A stretch of DNA of 32,289 nucleotides from Bacteriovoracaceae bacterium (GTDB lineage Bacteria; Bdellovibrionota; Bacteriovoracia; Bacteriovoracales; Bacteriovoracaceae), in the NCBI GenBank assembly GCA_049599895.1, contig JBMYPC010000018.1:1-32289 (forward strand), given 5' to 3'. The translations under genes and the position numbers were made by a program. Under the pieces are notes generated by a model that was not told the DNA's origin, did no database searches, and saw only the letters and a list, made by a program, of their open reading frames with translations. Of this stretch, positions 17,937-26,190 are shown piece after piece. Numbering within the stretch: the stretch's first letter is position 1; the number at the start of each line of letters is the position of its first letter.

Positions 17937-18120
17937 TTTGGTTTAAATCCTTATGTTTTTTTATCGTTCGATAGATAAAATAAAAAGGAACATAGATTAA
18001 GGCCACAAACCCTGTGAGAACGAGAAAGTATGTCCACTCTTTCGGATTATCCATCGAGCCTGCACAACCAGGACAGGCATAAGCAGACTCAATTAATAAC
18101 TGAAAAAGTACATTCATCAT
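17920..18120 (-). CDS. Small membrane protein with a CPGC motif (about 66 aa)
   Basis: MMNVLFQLLIESAYACPGCAGSMDNPKEW followed by a TM helix. ATG is 2 nt after the subunit III stop; its end overlaps the DUF420 start. Confidence 0.72.
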   Translation of the reverse strand: MMNVLFQLLIESAYACPGCAGSMDNPKEWTYFLVLTGFVALIYVPFYFIYRTIKKHKDLNQIEPTE

Positions 18121-18122
18121 AG

Positions 18123-18746
18123 CTAAAGAAGATAGACAAATGTGAAAACGAGAATCCAAACAAGGTCGACAAAGTGCCAGAAAAGCCCAGCAATTTCGAG
18201 CTGATTGATATCCCCATTATCAAATTCACCTTTAAGGGCCTTCAGGTACATACAAATGAGATAAATCACACCAGTGAGAACGTGAAGTCCGTGAAATCCA
18301 GTAATGGCATAGAATGTTGAAGAAAAGAGGTCATTTCCGTGAGCATATGTCGTAAAAGACATACCAAGGTCACTATAAAGGTGAAGGTATTCATAGACCT
18401 GAATTCCAAGAAAGATTGCCCCACCAATGATTGTCGTGAGTAGCCAATTGAGCATGTTCTTTCTTTCTTTTCTTTTACAAGCATCAATTGCAAAAACCAT
18501 CGAAACAGATGAACAGATCAGAATAAATGTCATGAACCCAGATAGAGCAACACCACCGAGTGCTTCAACCGGAACTGGCCAGCTTGTCGCTGTTGCTCTT
18601 AAGACTGCGTAAGCGAGAAGAAATCCAGAAAATGACATTCCGTCGGTAACAAGAAAGATCCACATTCCAATTTTACCTGGAGTCGCTTTTCCAAATTGCT
18701 CGTCCACGTGATCATAAGGAACGGATTCATGTCCATGTCCACCCAT
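18123..18746 (-). CDS. ctaE: Cytochrome c oxidase subunit III (short form, copy 2)
   Basis: GKIGMWIFLVTD, FYAITGFHGLHV, GLFWHFVDLVWILVFTFVYL. Confidence 0.92.
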   Translation of the reverse strand: MGGHGHESVPYDHVDEQFGKATPGKIGMWIFLVTDGMSFSGFLLAYAVLRATATSWPVPVEALGGVALSGFMTFILICSSVSMVFAIDACKRKERKNMLNWLLTTIIGGAIFLGIQVYEYLHLYSDLGMSFTTYAHGNDLFSSTFYAITGFHGLHVLTGVIYLICMYLKALKGEFDNGDINQLEIAGLFWHFVDLVWILVFTFVYLL

Positions 18747-18772
18747 AAGTTTCTCCTATCTCGTTTCTTTAA

Positions 18773-21652
18773 CTATCTTTGTACGTAATTCTTTCTTCTT
18801 GCTGACATTTTACCGCCAACTTTATCCTTAAACAATGGACTGTACTCATCATGCCCCATCTCTAGGATAAGCTTAATGACAGCATCCATTTGCCTCTCAG
18901 GATCACCCCCGAGAATATCTGGCATAAGAATTTCACCATCTTCATCAATGAAAAGATTCGGCATAAGAGTTCCAGGATAAATTGCCTGAGGATTCTTTAA
19001 CCACTCTTTAATCCAAGCTGGTCTCAATCTTCTTTTTGCGTAAAAGAGATTTGGTGCCGAAGGTTCATCATCAACATAGCCATGTGTGTGACAAGACGTA
19101 CAAGCGGCTAACTCTTTATAAATTTCAAGAGCCGCCTTCTTTTCACCTGGCTCCCAAGTCACTTTGCTGTAGTTCTCTTCAAAAGTCTGAGCTTTTGCTT
19201 TCGCCTGGAATCCAGCAACAAGAATATTTCTCTCTTCATTTGTTAACTCATATGAAGGCATTCTTACGTTTAACCAAGGTCTGATTGGATAAACATTCGC
19301 AAGAAATTGGTGGAACCAGTCTGATTGAGCTTTCGCTCCCTGCTCAACAAGTCTCGGTGGCCCTTCGTTAACATCATCATACATCTTAAGAAGATCCCCA
19401 CGCTCGCCATCAATCTGGTGACAACCAACACAGTTAAGTTTGTTCGCAAGCCTCATTCCTTCCTCTGCCACTTTTTGATTTTCATCCAAGTGGTAGAGAC
19501 CTTTCATTGGAATGTAATCACCAACTTGTCCAATAAGAGCAACTGTGATGGCAAACGCTTCAGCGTCACTCATGTAAAAGTTCGGCATTTTTGTAATATC
19601 GCCAAAAGACTTATCAATTCCCTCATCCCAGCGACTTGGCTGAATAAGGTGAGCTTTAATCCATCCATCTCTTGAGTGCTCAACCACTTTTTTCTGATGG
19701 TTGAATCCAAATTGCGTCAGTGGCTTTGATCCAATTTTAGTAAGTTCTGGTCCAATCGGTGCTCTTCCTTCAAAGCCATCAATTTGGTGACAAGAATAAC
19801 AACCGTACTTACCAACAGAACGCTTACCTAGCTCATGAGTTCTCTCTTCATCAGTCATCGCAAGAAGCTTTTTCTTGGCTGTTTCTTCTGTATCAAAAGC
19901 AGTGAAGTAGTTCATGAGAAGTTCATCTCTAAGACCTTCATCAAGCTTTTCAAACCCTAAGTTTTCAAACTTCTTATTTCTTAAACTTAAAAGATATGCG
20001 GCCATATCATTCGCTTCTTTATCAGTCAGTCTAAAAGAAGGCATGATCGTATCTGGATCGTAATGTGATGGTTTGACTAGCCAACTTACGAGCCAGTCAG
20101 GATCAACTTTTGAACCCGTTCCAGAAAGATGAGGCCCAGCGTAAGCTCCAACTTTTTTCGACTCAGCTTCAAAGCCATCAACCCCGTGACAAGACATACA
20201 ACCGACGGTTCCGATTAACTCTTTCCCTCTTTCGACGTCGCCGCCTTTATACTTTTTAAATGGTTCATACCCTTTTGAAATTTTAAAGAGGTATTCGGCC
20301 ATGGCGTTGACTTCAACAGCGTTGAGTTTTTGAAACTCAGCACTTTTATTATTGTCTTGCATGAAAAAGCTAGGCATTCGTGCATGCTTATTAAATGACT
20401 TTGGACTCCATACCCATGACTTAAAGAATTCTTTTGAAAGTTTCCCTTTCATCTTTACAAGACTTGGACCAGGAGTTCTCTTATGTTCCCAACCTTCAAT
20501 TTTGTGACATCCGTAACAGCCGAATTCTTCCATCTTTCTTCGACCTTCATTCACAAGGTTCGCTTCTGGAATAAATTCTTGATCACCGTGACACTTAATA
20601 CATCCCGCTTCCGTCATACTTCTTTTGTACATCGGCTGAGGAATTTTATGAGGCTCGTGCCAATTGTATTTAGCAACCCATTCTTTTCTTTGTTCTTCAT
20701 TTTCAGGAGTGTGAGCAGCAGAGTTAAAGTCATTCACTCGGTGACCTTCACCACCGTGACAAGCTGTACATCCCCAAACTTTCATTGGGTGTTTTGACTT
20801 CGCTCCCACCATAAGATCAAGTCTTGGGTGAGTGTTATGTGGAGGAGGAGCATCTTCAAATCCAGGCTTATCCATATTTGTATGACAAGTCATACAACGA
20901 TCAACCTTAGGAACCTGTTGGAAGTAACGATCATCAGTCACTTTATCAACAACGACCTGCTCAATCTTTAATGTTGGATCAAGAAAATCAATAAAAGGAA
21001 GGTTTCTGACAACATAGATTGGATCAATTTTTGTTTTCTTAAGAGCAATTCCTAAAAGCTCAACTTTTTGTGTGATTCCCTTTATCTCTTTCGCTGTTGA
21101 AATCTCTTCTTTTTTAAGTTCAGCGATTTGCTTTTTTAAACTACTTTCTTTTACCTGAAGAGCTTTCAGTCGGTCTTTCGATTCAGCAAAAAGAGCTTTG
21201 TTTTCACGCATTTTTTGAAAAAGCTCAGCTGCGTTAGGCTTTTTCTTTGAATAAGCGATTTCGTAATTAAAAGCAGAAGCGGCAACGTTTGAGTTGGCCT
21301 TACCATTAGTAATCGTTTCATTACTAATATCTCTTGTGACTTTTGTAAGTTCTCTTTCAACTTCTTTAATTTTAAGAGTTCTTTCAGCGACTTTGTCTTT
21401 CGCCATTTGAAGCTGCTCTTTAAGTCCATCCAGTTTCTCTTGATTGATCTCTTTTTCAGCAAGCTTAATATCATTTTGGATTTTTTGCTTACGGATCTTC
21501 ATAGCTTCAACTTGGATCGCTTTCCATGGACGAATATAATCATCGAGGAAAACCCAAATTGTTGTTACGAGGAAGATAATCGAAAGAAATGCAAACACCT
21601 TATTGAGTTTTTTGGTGTCATATGCCATTCCTGGTTCTAACTTCTTTTTCAT
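18773..21652 (-). CDS. Membrane-anchored octaheme cytochrome c subunit of the Rieske/cytb complex
   Basis: N-terminal TM, coiled coil, eight CxxCH: CMTCH, CTACH, CIKCH, CYGCH, CMSCH, CYSCH, CVGCH, CTSCH. Confidence 0.92.
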   Translation of the reverse strand: MKKKLEPGMAYDTKKLNKVFAFLSIIFLVTTIWVFLDDYIRPWKAIQVEAMKIRKQKIQNDIKLAEKEINQEKLDGLKEQLQMAKDKVAERTLKIKEVERELTKVTRDISNETITNGKANSNVAASAFNYEIAYSKKKPNAAELFQKMRENKALFAESKDRLKALQVKESSLKKQIAELKKEEISTAKEIKGITQKVELLGIALKKTKIDPIYVVRNLPFIDFLDPTLKIEQVVVDKVTDDRYFQQVPKVDRCMTCHTNMDKPGFEDAPPPHNTHPRLDLMVGAKSKHPMKVWGCTACHGGEGHRVNDFNSAAHTPENEEQRKEWVAKYNWHEPHKIPQPMYKRSMTEAGCIKCHGDQEFIPEANLVNEGRRKMEEFGCYGCHKIEGWEHKRTPGPSLVKMKGKLSKEFFKSWVWSPKSFNKHARMPSFFMQDNNKSAEFQKLNAVEVNAMAEYLFKISKGYEPFKKYKGGDVERGKELIGTVGCMSCHGVDGFEAESKKVGAYAGPHLSGTGSKVDPDWLVSWLVKPSHYDPDTIMPSFRLTDKEANDMAAYLLSLRNKKFENLGFEKLDEGLRDELLMNYFTAFDTEETAKKKLLAMTDEERTHELGKRSVGKYGCYSCHQIDGFEGRAPIGPELTKIGSKPLTQFGFNHQKKVVEHSRDGWIKAHLIQPSRWDEGIDKSFGDITKMPNFYMSDAEAFAITVALIGQVGDYIPMKGLYHLDENQKVAEEGMRLANKLNCVGCHQIDGERGDLLKMYDDVNEGPPRLVEQGAKAQSDWFHQFLANVYPIRPWLNVRMPSYELTNEERNILVAGFQAKAKAQTFEENYSKVTWEPGEKKAALEIYKELAACTSCHTHGYVDDEPSAPNLFYAKRRLRPAWIKEWLKNPQAIYPGTLMPNLFIDEDGEILMPDILGGDPERQMDAVIKLILEMGHDEYSPLFKDKVGGKMSARRKNYVQR

Positions 21653-21707
21653 TTTTTTAAAGCCTTTATAAAAAACTAATTCAAAATTTCTTTAATACTT
21701 TCTGTGA

Positions 21708-22787
21708 CTAAAGGTTAAGCTCAAGCTCTGGTAGAGCCACGATGTACTTAAGACCAAATAACCAACGTAAAACCATCTTAATTGGAAGAGAGGCCATAGT
21801 GACCGCTAGAAAAATCATGATGTAAAATCTGATGTTTCCAACTTTTCCAATAAGATCTTTCCCCCACTTCGTTTTCATCCCAATATAAAGAGGAATAAGA
21901 ACGATATATGCTAGTGAAAGAATAATTCCTAAGAGTTCTCTCACAATCATGTTACTTGGCATGGCCATATTAAGACCTTTAATCCAAAGGAATTCTGAGA
22001 GGTTCACGTTGTATTCGGCGACAACTTTATGAAAATCCCAGTACTCAAACGGTCCATAGAAGGTCCAGTTCGGTCCCCGTAAAAATGTTCCAACGAGAAT
22101 GAGGTAAAACCAAAGAACGAGCCACCCATAGAGAAAAAGAAACATTGCAAGCTTTCTCTCTTTAAAGGAGTAGTATCCGTTTCCTTTTGGGTTCGTATCA
22201 ATATAAGGAATCGCAATAAGACCAACGACAATAAGTCCTGGAAGAACAACACCGGCCATCCAAGGGTCAAAGTAAACAAGCATTTCTTGAAGACCAAGGA
22301 AGTACCAAGGGGCTTTGGCTGGGTTAGGCGCCCATGTTGGGTTTGCAGGTTCTTCAAGTGGGGCTTTAAAAACAATCGCCCAAACAACTAAAAAGACTGT
22401 CCCTGCGATAATCGCAAATAATTCTGTATAAACAAGGTTTGGCCAACACCAAACTTTTTCTCTGTTTTCAGGTGTTGCTTCGATGGGAACTTCACCCGCT
22501 TCGATTCTTTTATCGTTTTCAACAGCTTTATGAAGTGAGAACCAAGTAAAGAAAGCAATAGCAAACAGAAGAATGATAATAGGAATGTTATCTGGCCAAA
22601 GAATAATTTTAATAAAGTTAGGATCAGCACAGAACCAAACGATCACTGGAATTGAAGCAATTGTCGTCCATTTTGCAAATGCCTTTGAACCAAAGACTCT
22701 CACGTATTTAAACATCCACCAAAACATCAAGGTAAAGATAGGGAACGATCTAATCGGGTCCGCCATGTAGTTAACAAATTCTTTCAT
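21708..22787 (-). CDS. Cytochrome b C-terminal (subunit IV/PetD-like) protein with extra TM helices
   Basis: WPNLVYTE, APLEEPANP, PNPAKAPWYFLGLQE (Qo motif variant), IPYID. Confidence 0.88.
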   Translation of the reverse strand: MKEFVNYMADPIRSFPIFTLMFWWMFKYVRVFGSKAFAKWTTIASIPVIVWFCADPNFIKIILWPDNIPIIILLFAIAFFTWFSLHKAVENDKRIEAGEVPIEATPENREKVWCWPNLVYTELFAIIAGTVFLVVWAIVFKAPLEEPANPTWAPNPAKAPWYFLGLQEMLVYFDPWMAGVVLPGLIVVGLIAIPYIDTNPKGNGYYSFKERKLAMFLFLYGWLVLWFYLILVGTFLRGPNWTFYGPFEYWDFHKVVAEYNVNLSEFLWIKGLNMAMPSNMIVRELLGIILSLAYIVLIPLYIGMKTKWGKDLIGKVGNIRFYIMIFLAVTMASLPIKMVLRWLFGLKYIVALPELELNL

Positions 22788-22813
22788 TATTTTATTCCTT
22801 CAAAATTTCCTAA

Positions 22814-23596
22814 TTAAAGCGGAGCCGAGATCCCACCGTCTTTTCTAACTCTCCAAAAGTGAACGGCTATAAGTGTCCCAACAACAAGTGGGATAAATAC
22901 ACAGTGAAGAATGTAGAATCTTAAAAGCGCAGGCTCACCAACGAAACGTCCAGCAAGAAGCTGGTATCGTACGTCGTTTTTATCAGAAACCATCACAAAG
23001 TCACCAATCTGAGCAAGGGCAGCACCAGGACCACCGTGACCAGCAAATGGAGTTGCCTTTGCCATGTTCGCACCAACGGTAATCGCCCAAATTGCAAGCT
23101 GATCCCATGGAAGAAGATATCCTGTAAACGAAAGCAGAAGTGTTAAAACTAGAAGGATAACCCCAACACCCCAGTTAAATTCTCTAGGTGGTTTATAAGA
23201 ACCAGTCATAAAGACTCGGAACATATGAAGCCAAACAGTAATAACCATGGCGTGTGCTCCCCATCTGTGAATCTCACGCATAATCCCGAGAGGCACGTGT
23301 TCACGAAGAGCAATAATATCGTTGAAAGCATATTCAGCAGTTGGACGGTAATAGAACATTAAAAGAACGCCCGTTACTGTAAGAGCAAGAAAAACGAAAA
23401 AAGAAAGTCCACCCATACACCATGTGTATCCTAACTGAACCCCAGACTTTTTTAACTTAATCGGGTGAAGGTGAAGAAATACGTTACCGGCAACAACTGC
23501 GGCTCTGTTTCTTGCATTGTCTGGAGGTCCGTGACGAAAAATCGACTTCCAAACCTGGGTCTCTCTTACTCTTGTTGCAAAACTTTTTTCTGCCAT
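22814..23596 (-). CDS. petB: Cytochrome b6-like N-terminal subunit
   Basis: WCMGG, TGVLLMFYYRP, HRWGAHAMVITVWLH (H-x13-H), YKPPREFNW, FTGYLLPWDQ, LHCVFIPLVVGTLIAVH (H-x14-H). Confidence 0.95.
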   Translation of the reverse strand: MAEKSFATRVRETQVWKSIFRHGPPDNARNRAAVVAGNVFLHLHPIKLKKSGVQLGYTWCMGGLSFFVFLALTVTGVLLMFYYRPTAEYAFNDIIALREHVPLGIMREIHRWGAHAMVITVWLHMFRVFMTGSYKPPREFNWGVGVILLVLTLLLSFTGYLLPWDQLAIWAITVGANMAKATPFAGHGGPGAALAQIGDFVMVSDKNDVRYQLLAGRFVGEPALLRFYILHCVFIPLVVGTLIAVHFWRVRKDGGISAPL

Positions 23597-23633
23597 TTTT
23601 TATTCCTACTTAAATCAACAAAATATTTTTAAA

Positions 23634-24131
23634 TTAAACTGCGATAAATGAATTTGGGTGATTCCACTGACCTTTTTCGTAACGATAGATCTTAGTCTTA
23701 TCAACTTTGATCGTTCCATCAGGGTTTGTTGTTACGGCGTATCTTTCAAGTGGCCGAGGTGCTGGACCTTCGAAGTTAATTCCATTCATGTAATAACCAG
23801 ATCCATGACATGGACATTTAAATTTCATTTCGGCTGGCATCCAAGTTGGAACACAACCTAAGTGAGTACAGATGTTTGAAAGTGCAACAAGCTTTCCTTC
23901 TTGCTTAACAATCCAAACTCCAAAACCATTTTTCCATCTTTCATCAACACCGGTTTCATATTCTTCGGGTCTTCCAGCATTGAATTCCATTTCAGGTTCA
24001 AAGTTGACGTTGGGATAAGAAAATCGAAAAGCTAAACTTACTAACCCAGCGCAAGCAGCTGTGAAGGTGACCCAACCTACACCTAACCAACTAAAAAATT
24101 CTCTACGATTTAGTTGTTTACCAGATAACAT
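23634..24131 (-). CDS. Rieske [2Fe-2S] subunit
   Basis: Tat motif NRREFF, CTHLGC and CPCHGSGY, GPAPRPL; ATG 24131 follows GAGGGG. Confidence 0.95.
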   Translation of the reverse strand: MLSGKQLNRREFFSWLGVGWVTFTAACAGLVSLAFRFSYPNVNFEPEMEFNAGRPEEYETGVDERWKNGFGVWIVKQEGKLVALSNICTHLGCVPTWMPAEMKFKCPCHGSGYYMNGINFEGPAPRPLERYAVTTNPDGTIKVDKTKIYRYEKGQWNHPNSFIAV

Positions 24132-24285
24132 GACGTTCCCCTCGAGAGTCCTCAAGACTACAATATTAGCTTGAAACCCAGACCAAAAAATACCTTTTAC
24201 ATGAGCGTAGTTTTATAGGCTTTTTCAGGCGGTTTCAAGTACTTTTCTTCCAATTTATAACCATTTAGATTATGCGTTTTAATGC

Positions 24286-25173
24286 CTATTTTTTCAACTC
24301 ATTTAGGATTTTTCGAGCCTTTGTCACAACTTTGACGTCAGGCTCTTTATCAGAAATTTCCTCAATTTCAGAGCGCAAGGCTGACCACTTCACTCGGTCG
24401 ATCGCAGCAAGTGCGTTAAGTTTTAAATTTTGAACTTGCTGAGCAGTAAAACCCTCCGCCAGCAATGACTCAGCGCCGGGCTTTAAAAGCTCCTGCAGGA
24501 CGGGGATTGAAGCTTCATTTCGATAATGAACGAGTGCTGTTGCCGCAACGAATCTTAAAATCTTTCCACCTTGATTCTGTATGTTAAGAATCTCTGATTC
24601 TGAGCTTTGGACCTTGTGTGACGCAAGGGCCAAAATAGCCGCTTGTTTTAATCCCTCATCTTTTGCAGTGAGAAATTTTTCCACTGGCGCCCAGTCAATT
24701 TTTGTGCCCTTTGGCATATTACCAAGTGCAACAACGCCGTGAAACTTGATCGCACTTTGAGAATTCGGATCTTCTGGTTCTGTAAAAGCTCTTTGAATCA
24801 AAGGAATAGAAAGTGGATTTCCAAGAGCTCCGGCTGCAACAACAAGAAATTCTTTTGTTCTTAAATCTTTAGAAGAATCATAAGCAGAAGTTAACTCTCC
24901 CACTAACCAAGGAATATCTTCATTAGGAATACTCTTGGTTGAAATGAGCTTTGAGAGCTCATAGGCGGCAATCCAGCGGTTTCCAAATTTCTTTGATTGC
25001 ATCTCACGAACAAGATCTTTGTAGGAGCGATCTGTAGAAATCATCTTTGTGACACCAAAAATAATCAGTGCACCCGTTAAAACAATAGCAATGGGAACAA
25101 CCAAACTACCGACAAAGGGATTCTCTAAAAGTTTTTTATTGGGACCAGGGGAAGGCTTTTCTTCTGCGCTCAA
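24286..25173 (-). CDS. Membrane-anchored HEAT-repeat protein
   Basis: One N-terminal TM, then repeated R/K-x2-AAxxL helical units (RWIAAYEL, KFHGVVALG, KQAAILALA, RFVAATAL); TTG start. Confidence 0.75.
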   Translation of the reverse strand: MSAEEKPSPGPNKKLLENPFVGSLVVPIAIVLTGALIIFGVTKMISTDRSYKDLVREMQSKKFGNRWIAAYELSKLISTKSIPNEDIPWLVGELTSAYDSSKDLRTKEFLVVAAGALGNPLSIPLIQRAFTEPEDPNSQSAIKFHGVVALGNMPKGTKIDWAPVEKFLTAKDEGLKQAAILALASHKVQSSESEILNIQNQGGKILRFVAATALVHYRNEASIPVLQELLKPGAESLLAEGFTAQQVQNLKLNALAAIDRVKWSALRSEIEEISDKEPDVKVVTKARKILNELKK

Positions 25174-25288
25174 CTAAGACACCTTGTGTTACATGAATTT
25201 TATTTGTACATCTTCAATAGCAAACGCAAAAAAACTAGGCAAGCTTGAGTCTGTCACTATTAATTTAGTGAAACTTTTGTGTTAGTTA

Positions 25289-25846
25289 ATGCTCATGGCA
25301 TATTTATTAAGAGCTCTTATTCTTCTCATGGTTGTGGGTATTGCCCTCACCGTCCTCACAGCATTTGGCATGATTGACCTTGGAATGGGCCATATCTCAA
25401 TTGCCATTCCAAGCTTTATTTACGTCATCTTCGCCCAAGCGTTTGTGATGTTTTATTTTATTGGTGTTGCAAGGCTCACTAACAACGTTGATTTTATTTT
25501 AAAGAGTGAAAATAAAGAAAACTTAAAAGAACTTTTTGAAGATCCACCTGAGGATCTAGGGCCTTACCTAAAAAAACTTAATCAATTTGTCCATGAAGCC
25601 AATACAGCAAAAAGACAGACTGTCCCTTGGGGCGGTCTTATGGTGGTTTTAGGAATGATCGCTTTTCTTCTTGGAGGGGCTCACGACACTAACCTTGTCG
25701 CAATGACAACTCACTCTGGTGTTGTGTATGGGTTTTTAGTGGCGATGTTTATCGGTTTTTTTCGCCAATGGTATTATCTTGGTAAGGCCCATCGCTTACT
25801 TCGAAAACTTAAGACTCTTTTTTCAATTCCAGATGCCCAAATGTAG
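25289..25846 (+). CDS. Hypothetical 4-TM membrane protein
   Basis: Four hydrophobic segments with His near helix ends (GHIS, GGAHD, THSG); divergent from the HEAT gene. Confidence 0.75.
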   Translation: MLMAYLLRALILLMVVGIALTVLTAFGMIDLGMGHISIAIPSFIYVIFAQAFVMFYFIGVARLTNNVDFILKSENKENLKELFEDPPEDLGPYLKKLNQFVHEANTAKRQTVPWGGLMVVLGMIAFLLGGAHDTNLVAMTTHSGVVYGFLVAMFIGFFRQWYYLGKAHRLLRKLKTLFSIPDAQM

Positions 25847-26091
25847 TCGGGGCATTTTTACTCTCATGATTTAAATCTTTACAGGAAAGAATTTCATCCC
25901 CAAATCTAGAGAATGACTTATTTCTTAACAAAATGAGCCACAACTTTCAGTCACTTACCTGTCAGACATTGTAAGTTTTATTTACTATGTAATTTTTCCA
26001 ATCTCACTCCGTGTCATTTTTTCATGGTGCTAAGTTCACACCATCTAGTGTCGGCAAGGCTCCAAAAACCGCGTCATTTCATCCGAAAACA

Positions 26092-26107
26092 CGGCATGGT
26101 TTTTGCG
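26092..26107 (+). promoter_or_regulatory. Candidate sigma54 (-24/-12) promoter
   Basis: CGGCATGGTTTTTGCG: GG (26093-94), N10, GC (26105-06), close to TGGCAC-N5-TTGC; about 85 nt upstream of ATG 26191. Confidence 0.65.
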
Positions 26108-26190
26108 ATACTTGCTACCCGTAATCAAAATGTAACCACGAACGGTTTCGTTTAACTCAACAAGTCAGATGATTTCTGAGGGGGAATCTT

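Noticed and set aside
24170..24239. CTTGAAACC/GGTTTCAAG inverted repeat upstream of the Rieske gene
   Set aside because: Nine-bp arms 52 bp apart; may be chance or -35-like elements, and no well-spaced -10 supports a call.
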